From positions 1 to 32,342 of the forward strand of contig JBJTPA010000321.1 of the NCBI GenBank assembly GCA_046074885.1: DNA of 32,342 bases. Reading direction: 5' to 3'. Made by a program: the position numbers and the translations under genes. Source of the stretch: Planctomycetaceae bacterium. GTDB taxonomy: Bacteria > Planctomycetota > Planctomycetia > Pirellulales > UBA1268. The notes beneath the pieces are model-generated. The model made no database searches. It was not told the origin of the DNA and worked only from the letters and a program-made list of their open reading frames with translations. Shown here one piece after another: positions 30,361-32,342 of the stretch; the first letter of the stretch is position 1; every line of letters begins with the position of its first letter.

Positions 30361-32342
<1,982 letters not shown>

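Overview
This is a high-GC (roughly 70% by eye) bacterial chromosomal window. The gene content points to Planctomycetota: a DUF1559/H-X9-DG protein with a prepilin-type N-terminus, an SHD1-domain secreted protein, sulfatase remnants, a PQQ-like beta-propeller, a Tat-signal Gfo/Idh/MocA oxidoreductase and predicted beta-barrel paralogs. I can support 23 protein-coding genes, listed in order. They are a 5'-truncated mgtA, uxaC, a secreted propeller glycosidase-like protein, a HAMP histidine kinase whose stop overlaps (ATGA) the start of an NtrC-family response regulator, and the DUF1559 protein. Next come a tightly packed sigma70-factor/apt/mnmA cluster, floA, the oxidoreductase, a PAT-like GNAT acetyltransferase, the PQQ-like propeller, pgk, the SHD1 protein and a DUF3748/YidR-like protein. 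The last are class II ribonucleotide reductase nrdJ, DJ-1/PfpI, two tandem beta-barrel paralogs, birA, an FKBP isomerase and an edge-truncated gyrB. I saw no rRNA, tRNA, CRISPR array, transposase, integrase or phage gene. Most long ORFs in the six-frame track are antisense or out-of-frame shadows of real genes, as expected at this GC content. I did not find a convincing novel multi-gene protein system. The observations most worth a second look are these. (1) A modular ~220 nt intergenic element occurs in two direct copies bracketing nrdJ-pfpI; its internal hairpins differ in sequence but keep identical architecture through fully compensated substitutions. (2) A second ~107 nt repeat family has a 19-bp stem. 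(3) There are gene relics: three sulfatase fragments, two of which flank an intact PQQ-propeller gene, and a head-to-head junction of 5'-truncated GST and MgtA genes at the left edge. (4) The NtrC-type regulator has its GAFTGA loop cleanly deleted. (5) The two beta-barrel paralogs have proline-rich N-termini. All family assignments come from motif recognition by eye, and no database search was run.
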